64,000 bases of DNA from Rebecca billardiae RCC1528. Lineage: Eukaryota > Protista > Haptophyta. Below, in pieces: positions 47,818-58,979 of the stretch. A program made the position numbers and the translations under genes. How positions within the stretch are numbered: position 1 is the first letter of the stretch; the number at the start of each line of letters is the position of its first letter. The notes below the pieces were generated by a model that did not search any database, was not told the origin of the DNA, and saw only the letters and a list, made by a program, of their open reading frames with translations. Location of the stretch: the NCBI GenBank assembly GCA_965240325.2, contig OZ251236.1, forward strand, positions 1,736,001 to 1,800,000. The letters are read 5' to 3'.

Positions 47818-49824
47818 ATGCCGCCTTCCGCGGTGCTCGTACTCCTCGTCGCGGGCGGTTGGCGCAACCCGCTGCTTCTCTCCGAGAGCGCGCTGCGCGT
47901 GCGCGGGCTGCGCGATCGCGATCGGCTGGGCGGCGCGCTCGCGGGCGTGGGCGACATCGACGGCGACGGCGTGGACGACGTCGTCGCCACGCGCGCGTCG
48001 GGCGAGATGCACGCGCTGCTGCTCGCGCGCGACGTACGCATCAGCGGTGCGGTTCGCGCCGCCGTGCGCATCGTCAGCCGCGACGACGGCGAGCCGCCCG
48101 GCTTTGGCCGAGCGCCCGTCTCGGCCGTCGCCGCGCTCGGCGACGTGGACGGCGACGGCGTGCCCGACCTCATCGCGGGCGCGCCGGGGAGCGCGACGGT
48201 GCGCGCACTGCTGCTCGACCGGAACGCGAGCGTGCACACCGCCGCGCCCGCGCTGCGCGTGGCCGGCGCGCTCGCGCTCGGCACCGCGCTCGCCGGACTC
48301 GGCGACGTGGACGGCGACGGCGTGCCCGACGCGCTCGTCGGCGACGCGCTCGGCGGCGCGGGCGGGAAGGGCGAGGTGCACATCGTGCTGCTGCGCGCCG
48401 ACGGCTCGCAGCGCGCGGCCATTGGCATCCTCGAGTCCTCGCCCGAGCTGCGCGGCGCGCTCGCCGCGGACGCGCGCTTCGGCGCCGCGCTCGCCGCGCT
48501 GGGCGACGTGGACGGCGACGGCGCGGCGGACGTGCTCGTGGGCGCGCCCGGCCGCGCGTGGTGGGAGGCGCAGGCGGCGGGCGACGGGGAGGGCAGGCAT
48601 CTGTTCCGCTCGGCCGAGCGCGGCGCCGCGTACGTGCTCGTCCTCGAGCACGCCCCGCTGCTCGGCGTCGTGCGCGAGGCGCGCGTGCTGCGGCCGCGCG
48701 CGCTCTCGGACGGAGGCGACGGCGCGGGCGACAGCCACGGCTTTGGCGCGGCCGTCGGCTGCGCGGGCGACCTGGACGGCGACGGCGTGCCCGACGCGAT
48801 GGTCGGCGCGCCCACCGCGCTCGTCGGCGCCGGCCGCCGCGCGCGCCTCGAGGGCGCGCTCTACCTCTTCGCCCTGCTGCGCCACGAGCCGAGGCCGCGC
48901 TCGGTGCTCGCGCTCAGCTCGCGCGCGGGCGGGCTGAGCGGGGAGGCGCTCGGCGCGGGCGCGAGGCTGGGCGCGGCCGCGGCGTGGGTGGGCGGGCGCG
49001 CAGTGGCGCTCGGCGTGCCCGGCGCGGCGCGCGGCGGGCACCAGCGCGGCGCCGTCCTCCTCGTCACGCTCAACGCCACCGCCCTCGCCCTCGGCGCGCG
49101 CGCGGAGATGAGCCCCTCGCGGCTGGCGGCGCTGGGCGCGCCCTTTGGCGTGGGTGTGTTGCTGGCCATGGCGTGCGCGGCGCTGCTGGGCGCGCGCCCG
49201 CTGTACAAGTGGGTGCGGAGCGGCGGCGCGCGCAGCGCGAGGGAGCGGCTGCGCGAGGCGCGCAGGCGAGCCGGGCCGGCCGCGCGGGGCGGGGCGGCCG
49301 GCGCGCCTGAGCCCGCGCCCGCGCCGGAGGCTGAGCTTGGCGCCGAGGACGGCGGCGGCGGCCGCGCGGCCGCCGAGGTTGGGGCGGCCGCGCCAGACGC
49401 GCGGCCGCCCGCGCAGGCCGATGCCCGCCCGTCGCCCGGTGCGCGCAGGCGGGAGGAGCTCGGCCGCAGGGCGCAGGAGCGCGCCGAAGCGCTCACGCGC
49501 AGGGCGCAGCTGCGCGCGCACGTCGCCTCTGCCGTGCGGCCGCGTGCCTCGGTGCCCGCCGTGCTGCTGCGCCGAGAGCAGCCGCCGCCGCCGACACCGC
49601 CGCGGCAGGCGGCTGGCGGCGCGGCGCAAGGCGTCGGCCTGCCGGCGGAAGGCGACACCGTCGAAGAAGGGCGTGCCGTGCGACCCGCTGCGTCGCCGAC
49701 CGCCGATGACGACGCTCCAACGCTCGCGGCCCGGCCAGGCGAGCAGCGGACGACAGTGATAATGCCGACACCAGCGGCATCGCCTCCTCTGCCTGCTCAT
49801 CCGGGCGGTGGCGGCGGTGGCTAA
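47818..49824 (+). CDS. FG-GAP repeat (integrin-alpha-like propeller) single-pass surface protein
   Basis: Hydrophobic N-terminus, five GD(V/I/L)DGDG..D Ca2+-binding motifs with FG...GAP elements, a TM helix and a low-complexity tail. Confidence 0.85.
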   Translation: MPPSAVLVLLVAGGWRNPLLLSESALRVRGLRDRDRLGGALAGVGDIDGDGVDDVVATRASGEMHALLLARDVRISGAVRAAVRIVSRDDGEPPGFGRAPVSAVAALGDVDGDGVPDLIAGAPGSATVRALLLDRNASVHTAAPALRVAGALALGTALAGLGDVDGDGVPDALVGDALGGAGGKGEVHIVLLRADGSQRAAIGILESSPELRGALAADARFGAALAALGDVDGDGAADVLVGAPGRAWWEAQAAGDGEGRHLFRSAERGAAYVLVLEHAPLLGVVREARVLRPRALSDGGDGAGDSHGFGAAVGCAGDLDGDGVPDAMVGAPTALVGAGRRARLEGALYLFALLRHEPRPRSVLALSSRAGGLSGEALGAGARLGAAAAWVGGRAVALGVPGAARGGHQRGAVLLVTLNATALALGARAEMSPSRLAALGAPFGVGVLLAMACAALLGARPLYKWVRSGGARSARERLREARRRAGPAARGGAAGAPEPAPAPEAELGAEDGGGGRAAAEVGAAAPDARPPAQADARPSPGARRREELGRRAQERAEALTRRAQLRAHVASAVRPRASVPAVLLRREQPPPPTPPRQAAGGAAQGVGLPAEGDTVEEGRAVRPAASPTADDDAPTLAARPGEQRTTVIMPTPAASPPLPAHPGGGGGG

Positions 49825-50137
49825 TCACACCAGAGCATGTCTGCCGGCGCCGGCCGCAACTGCTACTAACTTGAGTTAGCTATATATATATAATAATAAC
49901 TTTCGGACTCTGACGATATACTGCGCCGCCGATCAGACGACTGGCGCGAATAATCGTCGTCGATCTCATATGCAGGCCCCACCAGTGAGGCAAGTGAGTA
50001 CAGCCACTGAGGCAGCGGCGGTCGGCCTGCCCACGCCAGGACGCCACGGCGCGCGAGCGGCGCCCAAGTGCCCGGCTGCCCGCTCGTGCGCCAGACCTGG
50101 CGCGTGTGTGCAGTCTCCGTGCGCGCAGCCCCCTCTC

Positions 50138-51538
50138 TCAGAGGGCTGCGACGAGCGCATCCGCCGGCAGCCACTCGACGCCGCCGCCGCCGCGCTCGGC
50201 AAGCGCGAGCGCGAGCGCGCGGAGCTGCTCCTCGCGCCGCGCCGCGCGCTGCGCCGCGTCGGGCTCCCCGGCCGGCGCGCCCGCTTCCCCGCCGCCGTCC
50301 GCGTGCGGCTGCGGCTCGAGGTGCGCGCGAGAGTCGTGGTGCTCAGACTGGTGCTCAGAGTGCTCAGAGTGATGGTGCTCGAGCAGACTCACGCCCACCT
50401 CGACCTCGACGGAGTCCGAGCCGTCGGCGGAGGCGGGGCGGTAGGTGCGCACGCGGCAGCGCCGCCCGGCGTGCTCGCCGCGCACCACGCGCGCCGTTTC
50501 GCCCACGCCCAGCCAGCCCGCGTCCACGCAGCGCGGCAGCACGGCCGCCACCCACGCGTCCAGCAGGCTGCCCGCGCACGCGCCGCCACGCGCGCGCCGC
50601 GCCGCGTCGAGCTGCGCTCCCACCAGCAGCAGCGCGCGCGCACGCGCGCGCGCGAGGCGCGGGAAGGCGGCGTGCGCGCGGACCGACCACTCCGTCTCGC
50701 GCGCCGCGCCCGCGCGCACGCACAGCGCGTAGCACAGCCGAGCGCACGGCCCGTCGTGCACGAGGTCGGTGCAGAGCGCGACGCAGCCGCCCGCGCGCCC
50801 GACCGGCGCGGCCGCGAGCACCGTGCGCTGCCAGCACGCGTCGAGGGAGACGCGCGGCGGCATGCCGACGAGGAGCTGCTCGTCGGCGGGCACGTCGACC
50901 AGGCACGCCGCGATCGACTCGTACAGCGCGCCCACCAGCCCGCCCTGCCACAGCGCGCCGAACCAGCGCTCGAGCTGGTGCGCGCTCAGCGTGGGCGCGC
51001 TCGAGACAGCGACAGAGTCGGGCGTGAGCCGCTGCTTCCACGTGACGTCGAAGAGGCGGCGGAGCATGGCCGACGCGCGCGAGCGCTCCTCGAGCACGCC
51101 GCCGCGCCGCGGCTCGAGCGCCTCCTCGCCCGACACCACGAGCAGCGCGCCGCCCGCCTCGCAGAACGCCTTGAGCGCCGGCCCGACCTCGGCCTCGAGC
51201 GGCAGCGCGCGCACGTCGAGCATCGCGAGGAGGATGGCGGAGTACAGCCCGGAGCGCACGTGCGCGAGGAGCTCGGAGACGCGCTCGGGCTCGCCCGGCA
51301 CCACCTCGAGCTCGTGCCACCGTGCCTCCGCCGGCCGCTTCCGCCCGACGCGGTACATGTGGTCGACCAGGTGCACGTCTGCGCCGTGCGCCACGAGCAC
51401 GCGCGGCGCGGGCGGGCCGGCGTCGGGCGGGCGGCCGTCCTCGAGGCTGCCCGCGCTCTGGGCGAGCTCGTCGAGCAGATTCTCGTCCTCCGCGCCGAGG
51501 CCCAGGTCGGCCCACGCGATGTCGGCGGCGGCGGCCAT
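50138..51538 (-). CDS. Hypothetical protein
   Basis: Long ORF with the GC3-rich codon pattern of the real genes and globular-looking composition (MAAAADIAWADLGL...). No motif securely recognised. Confidence 0.6.
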   Translation of the reverse strand: MAAAADIAWADLGLGAEDENLLDELAQSAGSLEDGRPPDAGPPAPRVLVAHGADVHLVDHMYRVGRKRPAEARWHELEVVPGEPERVSELLAHVRSGLYSAILLAMLDVRALPLEAEVGPALKAFCEAGGALLVVSGEEALEPRRGGVLEERSRASAMLRRLFDVTWKQRLTPDSVAVSSAPTLSAHQLERWFGALWQGGLVGALYESIAACLVDVPADEQLLVGMPPRVSLDACWQRTVLAAAPVGRAGGCVALCTDLVHDGPCARLCYALCVRAGAARETEWSVRAHAAFPRLARARARALLLVGAQLDAARRARGGACAGSLLDAWVAAVLPRCVDAGWLGVGETARVVRGEHAGRRCRVRTYRPASADGSDSVEVEVGVSLLEHHHSEHSEHQSEHHDSRAHLEPQPHADGGGEAGAPAGEPDAAQRAARREEQLRALALALAERGGGGVEWLPADALVAAL

Positions 51539-52600
51539 CCCGGCGGCGCTGATGGCGGAGGATGCACCCAGGCGGCCTCGGCAGCTCACGCCCGGCCAGA
51601 CGGAGAGGGCTGCCACCGTGCCACGGCGGCCCGGTGCTTGGCCCAACCCGTGCGTCCGGTAGACTGCTCACTGCTCTTGGAGTCTTGGCGGACAGCCGGA
51701 CACGGCCTCACGCCCGGACCCGGGAATGGCATGCCGGGACCGGGAGGTCCGTCCCGGCTTTTCCAGGGGAGAGAGGAGGCTTGGCGACGCCTGTGCTTCC
51801 AAGCCGCGAGCATGACGACGAACACACGAGCCGATGATGGCCTAGACTACGAGGTGAATGCGGCCCGGCTAGGCACCATTTCACGGCGAGTGCTGCACTC
51901 CCTTACGGCACATGGCTCCGAACTGGCGAGCGTGCGCAGGGTGCGCAGGGGGAAGACGCGGATGGTCTCACGGCCGTGCCTTTGCCCAAAAGCTCCTACG
52001 TGGGCGTATTTGCAAATCATGCAAACCGAGCGCGGACTCGCATCGCCTGGTATGACGTTTTGCTGTCGGGGGGCGTGTGGACACGAACTGGGGCGTGTGG
52101 CACCGACTTCTGATGCCGCCTGCAAACTGTACGCCTTGCTGAATGGAGGCCGCGGACCTAACGATCGCTCGGACCTGCCAACTCGTGCTGAGCGGTACGG
52201 GATTGGTCCGGGTGGCAGGAGGCTGCATCCTTCATGGCTGCCGGCCGGCGAGGGCTCGCCTTTGGCGCGCTTGCGCGGGCAGGTGCAGGACGAGGATGAG
52301 TTCGGACCACCGTGACCGACCAAACTACCCGGACTGAATTAATCGTCCAGAATCGATCCATCGTGTTGCGTTTGGCCCACCCTCCCGGCGGTGGCCGTCC
52401 CGCCAGTAAGTCTTAATATAATAGTAACCGGCCTGAGTGTCGCCGGTCACCGTACACTACGACCGGCACCGCGCACCGCACTCCGCAGCGGCACTCGCGG
52501 TACGTGCCCTAACGGTATCGGCTGATATGATGATGAGAACTTTGCTGATGATATCAGGACGACGCTGGCCGGCCCCGCGAGGCGGAGTCACATCCGCCAG

Positions 52601-54789
52601 TCAGCTCGCCGGCGCGGTGCCATCCCGTCCACCGCCACCGCCGCCTCCGAGTCCGAGCATCTCGGCCGTCACGCGCAGCGTCGGCACGTCGGGCTCGGCC
52701 CCGTCGTCCGCCGCCTCCGCCGCCTTGGCCGCGGCCGCGCCCACCAGCTCGTCCAGCCGCTCGGTGCACACGTGCCGCGCGGAGCGGCCCGAGGCCAGCG
52801 CCTCCTCGACCAGCGCCTCGCGCGCGCACGGCTCGAGCAGCAGCGCCACGCCCTGCTCCGCCTCGCAGCGCTGCGCGCAGCGCGCCACGTCCGCGGCCAC
52901 CAGCTGCCGCCTGCGCGGCTCGAAGCCGGCGAGCAGCTCGGCCAGCACCTCGCGCGGCCGCGCCACGGTGCGCTCGTCGAGCTCGAGGTGGCAGAGGTCT
53001 GTGCACGGCAGCTCAAACTTGAAGGGACGCAGCACGCCCTCGAGCACGGTCACGAGGCCGCGCGCGCCCGTGCCCTCCGCCGCCGCGCGGCGCGCCACCT
53101 CGGCCAGCGCGCCGTCGGTCGCGTGCAGCTTGATGCCGTACCCGGCCAGCTCGCGCTCAAACTGGCGCAGCGCGGAGCCCCTCGACTCCTTGAGGATGTC
53201 GAGCAGCGCGCCCTGAGCACACGGCCACACGGCCACGCGGCACGGCGCGCACACCGCGCGCGCACACCGCGCACGGGGAGGGGGGCTCAGTGCCGCGCAC
53301 AGGGGGCGGCGTGCGCAGCCGAGGCGCTCCCGCGCCGCTGCCGCGCCCTCCCGCGCACGCACGCACGCACCTGGTCGAGCGTCTCGCAGCGCACGCGCAC
53401 CGGCAGCCTGCCCACCAGTTCCGGCTCCAGCCCCGCAGAGACGAGCGCGCCTGTCTCCACGACGGAGGCGAAGTCGGGCGCGGGGCCGCCCGCGGCGGGC
53501 GCGCCGCTCTTCGAGCTGGGCGCGGGCGCGGCGAGGCCGGGCACGTGCGAGAACGCGCCCGAGAAGATGAAGAGCACGTGCTTGGTGCTGAGCGCAGCGG
53601 GCGCCGACGACGCAGCGGCACCGGCCGAGCCGCCGCGCGAGCCGCCGCCGCGGCGCGCGCCCGCCTGCTGCGAGTGCGCGCCCGCGTCCAGCGGCACGTC
53701 CGTGTCCTCGAGCAGCTTGAGGAAGTTGTTCTGCACGTCGCGCGTGTGTATGTTGCCCCCGCCCCCGCCCCCGCCCCCCGCGCCTCCCCCTGCGCCTGCG
53801 CCTGCGCCTGCGCCGTGCGTGTGCGTGCACAGCTTGTCGACCTCGTCCACGTACACAATGCCGTGCTGCGCCAGCTGCACGTCTCCGCCCGCGGCGGGGA
53901 GGAGGTCGCGCACGAGGTCCTCGGGGTCGCGCCCGACGTACCCCGTCGCGGTGAACTTGGTCGCGTCCGCGCGCACGAAGGGCACGCCCACCAGCCGCGC
54001 GAGCGTGCGCATGAGGAAGGTCTTGCCCACGCCGGTGCTGCCGAGCAGCAGCACGTTCGGCTTGGTGTGCTCCTCGGAGAGGGCGAGGGAGGGGTCGGCG
54101 AGGCAGCGGCGCGCGTGGTTGTAGTGGTCGCACACCGCGACGGCGAGCACGCGCTTCGCCTCCGCCTGCCGGATCACCCAGCGGTCGAGCAGGTCCGCCA
54201 GCTCGCGCGGCCGCAGGTCGAAGGAGGCGATGCGCGCGAGCGCGGACGAGCCGCTGGGCGCCGCGCCCGAGGAGGCCGAGGGGCGCGGCGCGCCGACGTG
54301 CCGCGCGGCGCGCGCGTGCGAGGGGGGCGGCGCGTCCGCGCCCGCGCCGGGCAGCGCGGCCCACCACGCCGCGTCGCGCGCCGCGCCCGAGTCCGCGGGC
54401 GGCGGCTTGGCGCCCGAGTCTGCGCGTTCCTTGGCGGCTGAGCTCTCGTACGTGCGCACGCTGGACGCGTGCTCGGCGAAGCGGCGCGGGAGGCGGGGCG
54501 AGACGTCGGCCGCGTTCAGCCGCAGCAGATCCGCCAGCGTCATCGCCTCAGGACTCGCTGCGGGCGCCGCGTCGCCGCCATCGGCGCCGGCCGCCGGCGC
54601 GTCGGCCGCGTCGGCCGCCGCGCCACGCGCCGCGGCCGCGGAGGACGGCTTGCTCGCCGCGCGGATCTCGTGCGGCTTGGGCCGCGCGACATGGAGCGGG
54701 TTGTACGCACGCGCGGGTGCGCGCGCGATGGCGGGCCGACAGCGCGCTCGCCACGCCGCGACGTCCGCCACGAGCGCCGCGCTGCGCAT
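52601..54789 (-). CDS. ClpX-like AAA+ ATPase with probable organellar transit peptide; intron 53213-53370
   Basis: NVLLLGSTGVGKT, DATKFTATGYVG pore loop, GIVYVDEVDKL, PELVGRLPV, GTGARGL. The splice joins TLDQ|GALLDILKE. Confidence 0.88.
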
Positions 54790-55223
54790 CACAGCACCGC
54801 GCGCTGGCCCGCGATGCACGGCTGCCCTTCGATCGCGTGATGACGGCGATGCTCCGGGCGAGAAATATCGCACGCAGCTGCTGCGGAAAAAGGCTGAGCT
54901 GCTAGAAAAAGGAGGACGATTTGCGCGGTTGCGCCCGCGCCGGATTAATTAATTGCTGATCGCTGCGCGGTGACTTGATCACCACGCACTCAGCGCGAAC
55001 GCAGCAGCCGACTCCTCGCGTGTGCACACAGGCGCGAGCCGTTGTCAACTCGCATGAGTCGCCACTCCCCAGCATCGTTCGGGCATGGTCCGCCCCGCGC
55101 CTGTCACGCCACGCCCCATGACGCGGTCGCTGTCACAGTCGCTGAATCATGTGTCAGTCAGCCGGCACTGCTCCATGGAAAGGCCGTGGCGAAGAGCAGG
55201 CGGCACAGCGGCAGGTCCGACGT

Positions 55224-55708
55224 CTACACCAGTGGTCGTGACGCCGAGTTGATGATCTGAAGGACGGCTGCGCGTGCGCGGCACCAGCGAGCGGCCCAGG
55301 GCGCCGAGGGCGGTGAGCGCTGCGCTCGCCCGGAGGCCGCGCGTACGCGCGCGCTCGCGCACCTGAGCCGACGATGACGAAGACGAAGAAGCCGAGCAGA
55401 TACGGGTTGATCGGCGACTTCTCCTTCTTGGGCTGCGCGCCGATCGTATCGGGTGGGGCATGCGCAGCGCGTGCGCTGTGAGCAGCGGCCCCGTGGCTCA
55501 CGCAAAGCGCCGCGCGCGGCGGCGCACCTCTGTTGGGCCAACCTGGCCGCGCTTCGTCACGTTGGAGTTGTAGCGAGCGCTCGCCACGCGCAGCTTTCGT
55601 GCGTTGTTCGACGTGCCCTGCGAACGCAGCGCGCGCGGGGGCGCACGGCGGTCAGTGCGAGGCGTGCGCGAGTTGCTGACGTGGCGGCGGCGTGCAACTC
55701 ACGGCCAT
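55224..55708 (-). CDS. SERP1: RAMP4/SERP1 stress-associated ER protein, 69 aa. Exons 55703-55708, 55528-55617, 55363-55432, 55224-55267
   Basis: Spliced translation MAGTSNNARKLRVASARYNSNVTKRGQVGPTEPKKEKSPINPYLLGFFVFVIVGSAVLQIINSASRPLV*. Three GT-AG introns; 210 nt of coding sequence in total. Confidence 0.88.
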
Positions 55709-57210
55709 TGCTCCTGCGGTGTGGCGATGCAGTTCCGCAGTCGAGTGGAAGCCAAGTGTGTTACGCAGGGGAGTGGAAAGGCCACGCGGCCCTGATTGAT
55801 TACCTGAAACCCCCTTCCCGTTTCCCGTTACAAGACAAAGGCTCAAGTGATGGGATGCCTGCTCCTTGCACGCGCCCCGCGCTCGTGGAGCAATCTCTGT
55901 CGTCGGACGACCTCTCTGCGCACAGGGGCCGTGCTGCACAGCTGGTTCGCACTGGCGCGTGGTGCCGTAGCGCGACTCGGCCGACGTCGTGCCGACTGGA
56001 ACGCCCTCATGTCTTGATGGCTGCGCCATGGCAGGTCCGCTCTTTGGATGCACGCTCTGGCCACGGACGCACTACCTAGCGGGGCGAGCTCGGCGGATAC
56101 GTCCACCTTCGTGAGAGCGCGGCCATCTTGCACGCGCACTCGTACTAAGGCCTGCGCGCGGCCAGCAGAGCCAACTGTGCTGTGGGAAAATGCGTGCGTG
56201 CTAGTCCTCCCCTGCGCGACGCTTGACACGTGCGTCACCGAGAAGAGCCCGTTTTGCGCAGGGCGTGTTGCCAGTGGCAGGGGCTGCCAACTTTTCTCCT
56301 CTCCCGATCGCGCGTGCAAGCGCACGGTGCTCCACTTGCGCGACCCTCCTGCTGGCCTCAGCTCAGCGACTCGCGCGACCGCCGTGTCGATGCGATAACG
56401 ACCGCAGGCTTACGTGGCAGCTGACTAATCTACAGCAGGACCGCGAGGCCCAGCCGTATCGGTCCAGCGGCCTGGGCGCTGCGTCCGGGGCGCACTCTGA
56501 GGCAAAACTGCCGCCCGCGCGCGCTCGGCACGCGGCACGCGGCAGCAGGCGCCCGGTCGCCACACAAAGATGTGGCTCGGCGCCGCCCGCGGGTGGCGCG
56601 CCCGTCGGGATCGAGCAGCTAGGCGGTAGGCCGGTAAAGGGCCGGCGACTGTGCCTTTCCACTTGCTCCCAACGCATCACCCTGATGGCCAGCCATGGCC
56701 GGACGAGGTGAGTGCAATGGGCGCGTGCACTCAGTGCCGTGCCGACTGTCTCGGTCACTACCAGCTGGCCCTCGCCAGGCTGAAGATTTGTAGTGAGGAA
56801 GTTTTTCCGAACTCTCAAGATTCCCCGGCTACCGGAAGAAGCTGCTGTACAAAGATGCCGGTGTCCCAGCAAGGGTTGCTCGCCATGTCTTTTCCGATGT
56901 TCGCCACCCGTCCAAGCGACAATCGCGTCCGGACGCCCCTGCTGTCTCAGACGGGCCGGCGTACGGCAACCTGGGAGGCGCTATTGAGAGTGCATCCTGG
57001 GACGCCCGACCGACGCATATTGCGCTAGCTCGTCGACGATGGTGCGCGCGAGGGACGCCGAGCGCCCGCGACCGTCTCCGTCGGCAACGGTCGCGCGTCC
57101 CAGTACCCGCCCGCACGCGCCGCGCGCACGCTTGCGCGCACCAGCCTCCGCCGCTGAGCACGCCTGGCGCTCGCGCGCGCGCCCAATTGGCTCCACAGGA
57201 GTGGGGCCCT

Positions 57211-58410
57211 ATGACTGCGCCTGCGCTGGCAGGGATTGCGGCGCTCGCGCTGCTCGCGCTGCTGTACCAGAAGCTGGGGGGCGGCGGCTCGAAGAAGGGC
57301 CCGGTCTTCCTCAACAAGGAGCGGCAGTCCGTCACCCTCGCCGAGCGCACGATGCTCTCGCACGACACGGTGCGCTTCCGCTTTGCGCTGCCGACCAAGA
57401 ACCACATCCTCGGGCTGCCCGTGGGCAAGCACTTCAAGCTCTTCGCGCCCAACCCGAAGGTGCGCGCGCGCGCGCGCACGCGCGCCGCCGCGCGCGACCT
57501 CCGCCCAGCCCCGCCCGGGCCGCGCTGAGTGCGCCGCGCGCCACGCGTGCGCGTGCGCGCGTGCGCACATGCGCAGGGCAAGGTGCCCGGCCAGTGGAAC
57601 GGGCGCGAGGACCCCGAGGCCGACGCGAAGGAGATCGAGCGCAAGTACACGCCCACCTCGTCGGACGCGGACGTCGGCTACTGCGACCTCGTCATCAAGG
57701 TGCGCTCGCACGCGCCGCCGCCACGCGCGCGCGCGCGCGCCGCTGCGCACGGGCGTTCGCCGCCGCAGCGGCGGCCGGCGCGCGCAGCCGGCCACGCGCG
57801 CCCCTCCTGCCTCACGCGCGTGGTGGGCGCGCGCGTCGCGCGCGGCGTGCAGGTGTACGAGGGCGGCAAGATCGACCGCTTCCCCGACGGCGGCAAGATG
57901 TCGCAGTACATGGCCTCGCTGCGCGTGGGCGACAGCATGACGATCTCTGGCCCGTGGGGCATGAACGAGTACAAGGGGCACGGCCTCTTCAAGATCGGCA
58001 CCAAGGAGAAGCAGGTGAGCCACGTGGGCATGATGTCGGGCGGGACGGGGATCACGCCGATGCTGCAGGTCATCGCCGCCATCCTGCGCGACCCCACCGA
58101 CAAGACCAAGGTCTCGCTGCTGTACGCCAACCAGGCGGAGGGGGACATCCTCGTGCGCGACAGCCTCGAGGCGCTGCAGGCGCAGCACTCGGACCGCTTC
58201 GTCTCGCTGTGGTACACGCTCGACCGCCCGCCCGCGGGGTGGAAGTACAGCACGGGCTTCATCACCGACGAGATGATCAAGGCGCACCTGCCCGCGCCCG
58301 GGCCGAGCACCATCGTGCTGATGTGCGGCCCCCCGCCGATGGTCAAGTTTGCGTGCCAGCAGAACCTCGACAAGCTCGGCTACGCCAAGGACATGCAGGT
58401 GGCCTTCTGA
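57211..58410 (+). CDS. NADH-cytochrome b5 reductase with N-terminal membrane anchor; introns 57460-57576 and 57700-57852
   Basis: [56 protein letters not shown]. Confidence 0.95.
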
Positions 58411-58979
58411 GAGCAGCACGGCACCAGGCCCAGCGGGCGCGCGGCGGCGGCAGGCGCGCGCTGCTGCGAAGCACGCCGGCGGCACCACCGGGCCCGGCGA
58501 GGCGCGGTCGAGCCGACTCGCAATGGCGGCACGCTGCGGCGTGCGGTGGCGGCTCCTGCTGCGCGAGCGGCATCGCGCCATCCGCATCACGCGTGTGCAG
58601 CTGCAAACAGCGGGACGGCACCACATGGCGTGCGCGCGTGCGCTCGGATGCGCACTCGGCCGTCGGCGAGTCGGCTCTGCCCCCTTGCTATTTATCGTCA
58701 GCGCAGGCCTCGTGCCATGGCCTGCTGGCTGCCGCTCGATGCGGGCTGAGCCTGAGCCTGAGGGCGGGAGTCGTCGCGGTCGTGCGACTCGTGCGTGATA
58801 AACTGTCGGCAACTGATCCACGTCGTGCTACAGTGCCGGGGATGTCGTCACGGGTAATTACATATACATATATACATATATACGGTAATAAATTAATAGA
58901 GAATCTCAACCTAGGTCGTATTATTGGGCTAGGTGGTCGGCTCGGATGCCCCATTTCTCGAAGTTGAAGTTATATCAAT

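Noticed and set aside
55750-57150. Short Cys-containing ORFs between RAMP4 and cytochrome b5 reductase
   Set aside because: No host-like codon bias or recognisable motif; treated as intergenic or decayed sequence.
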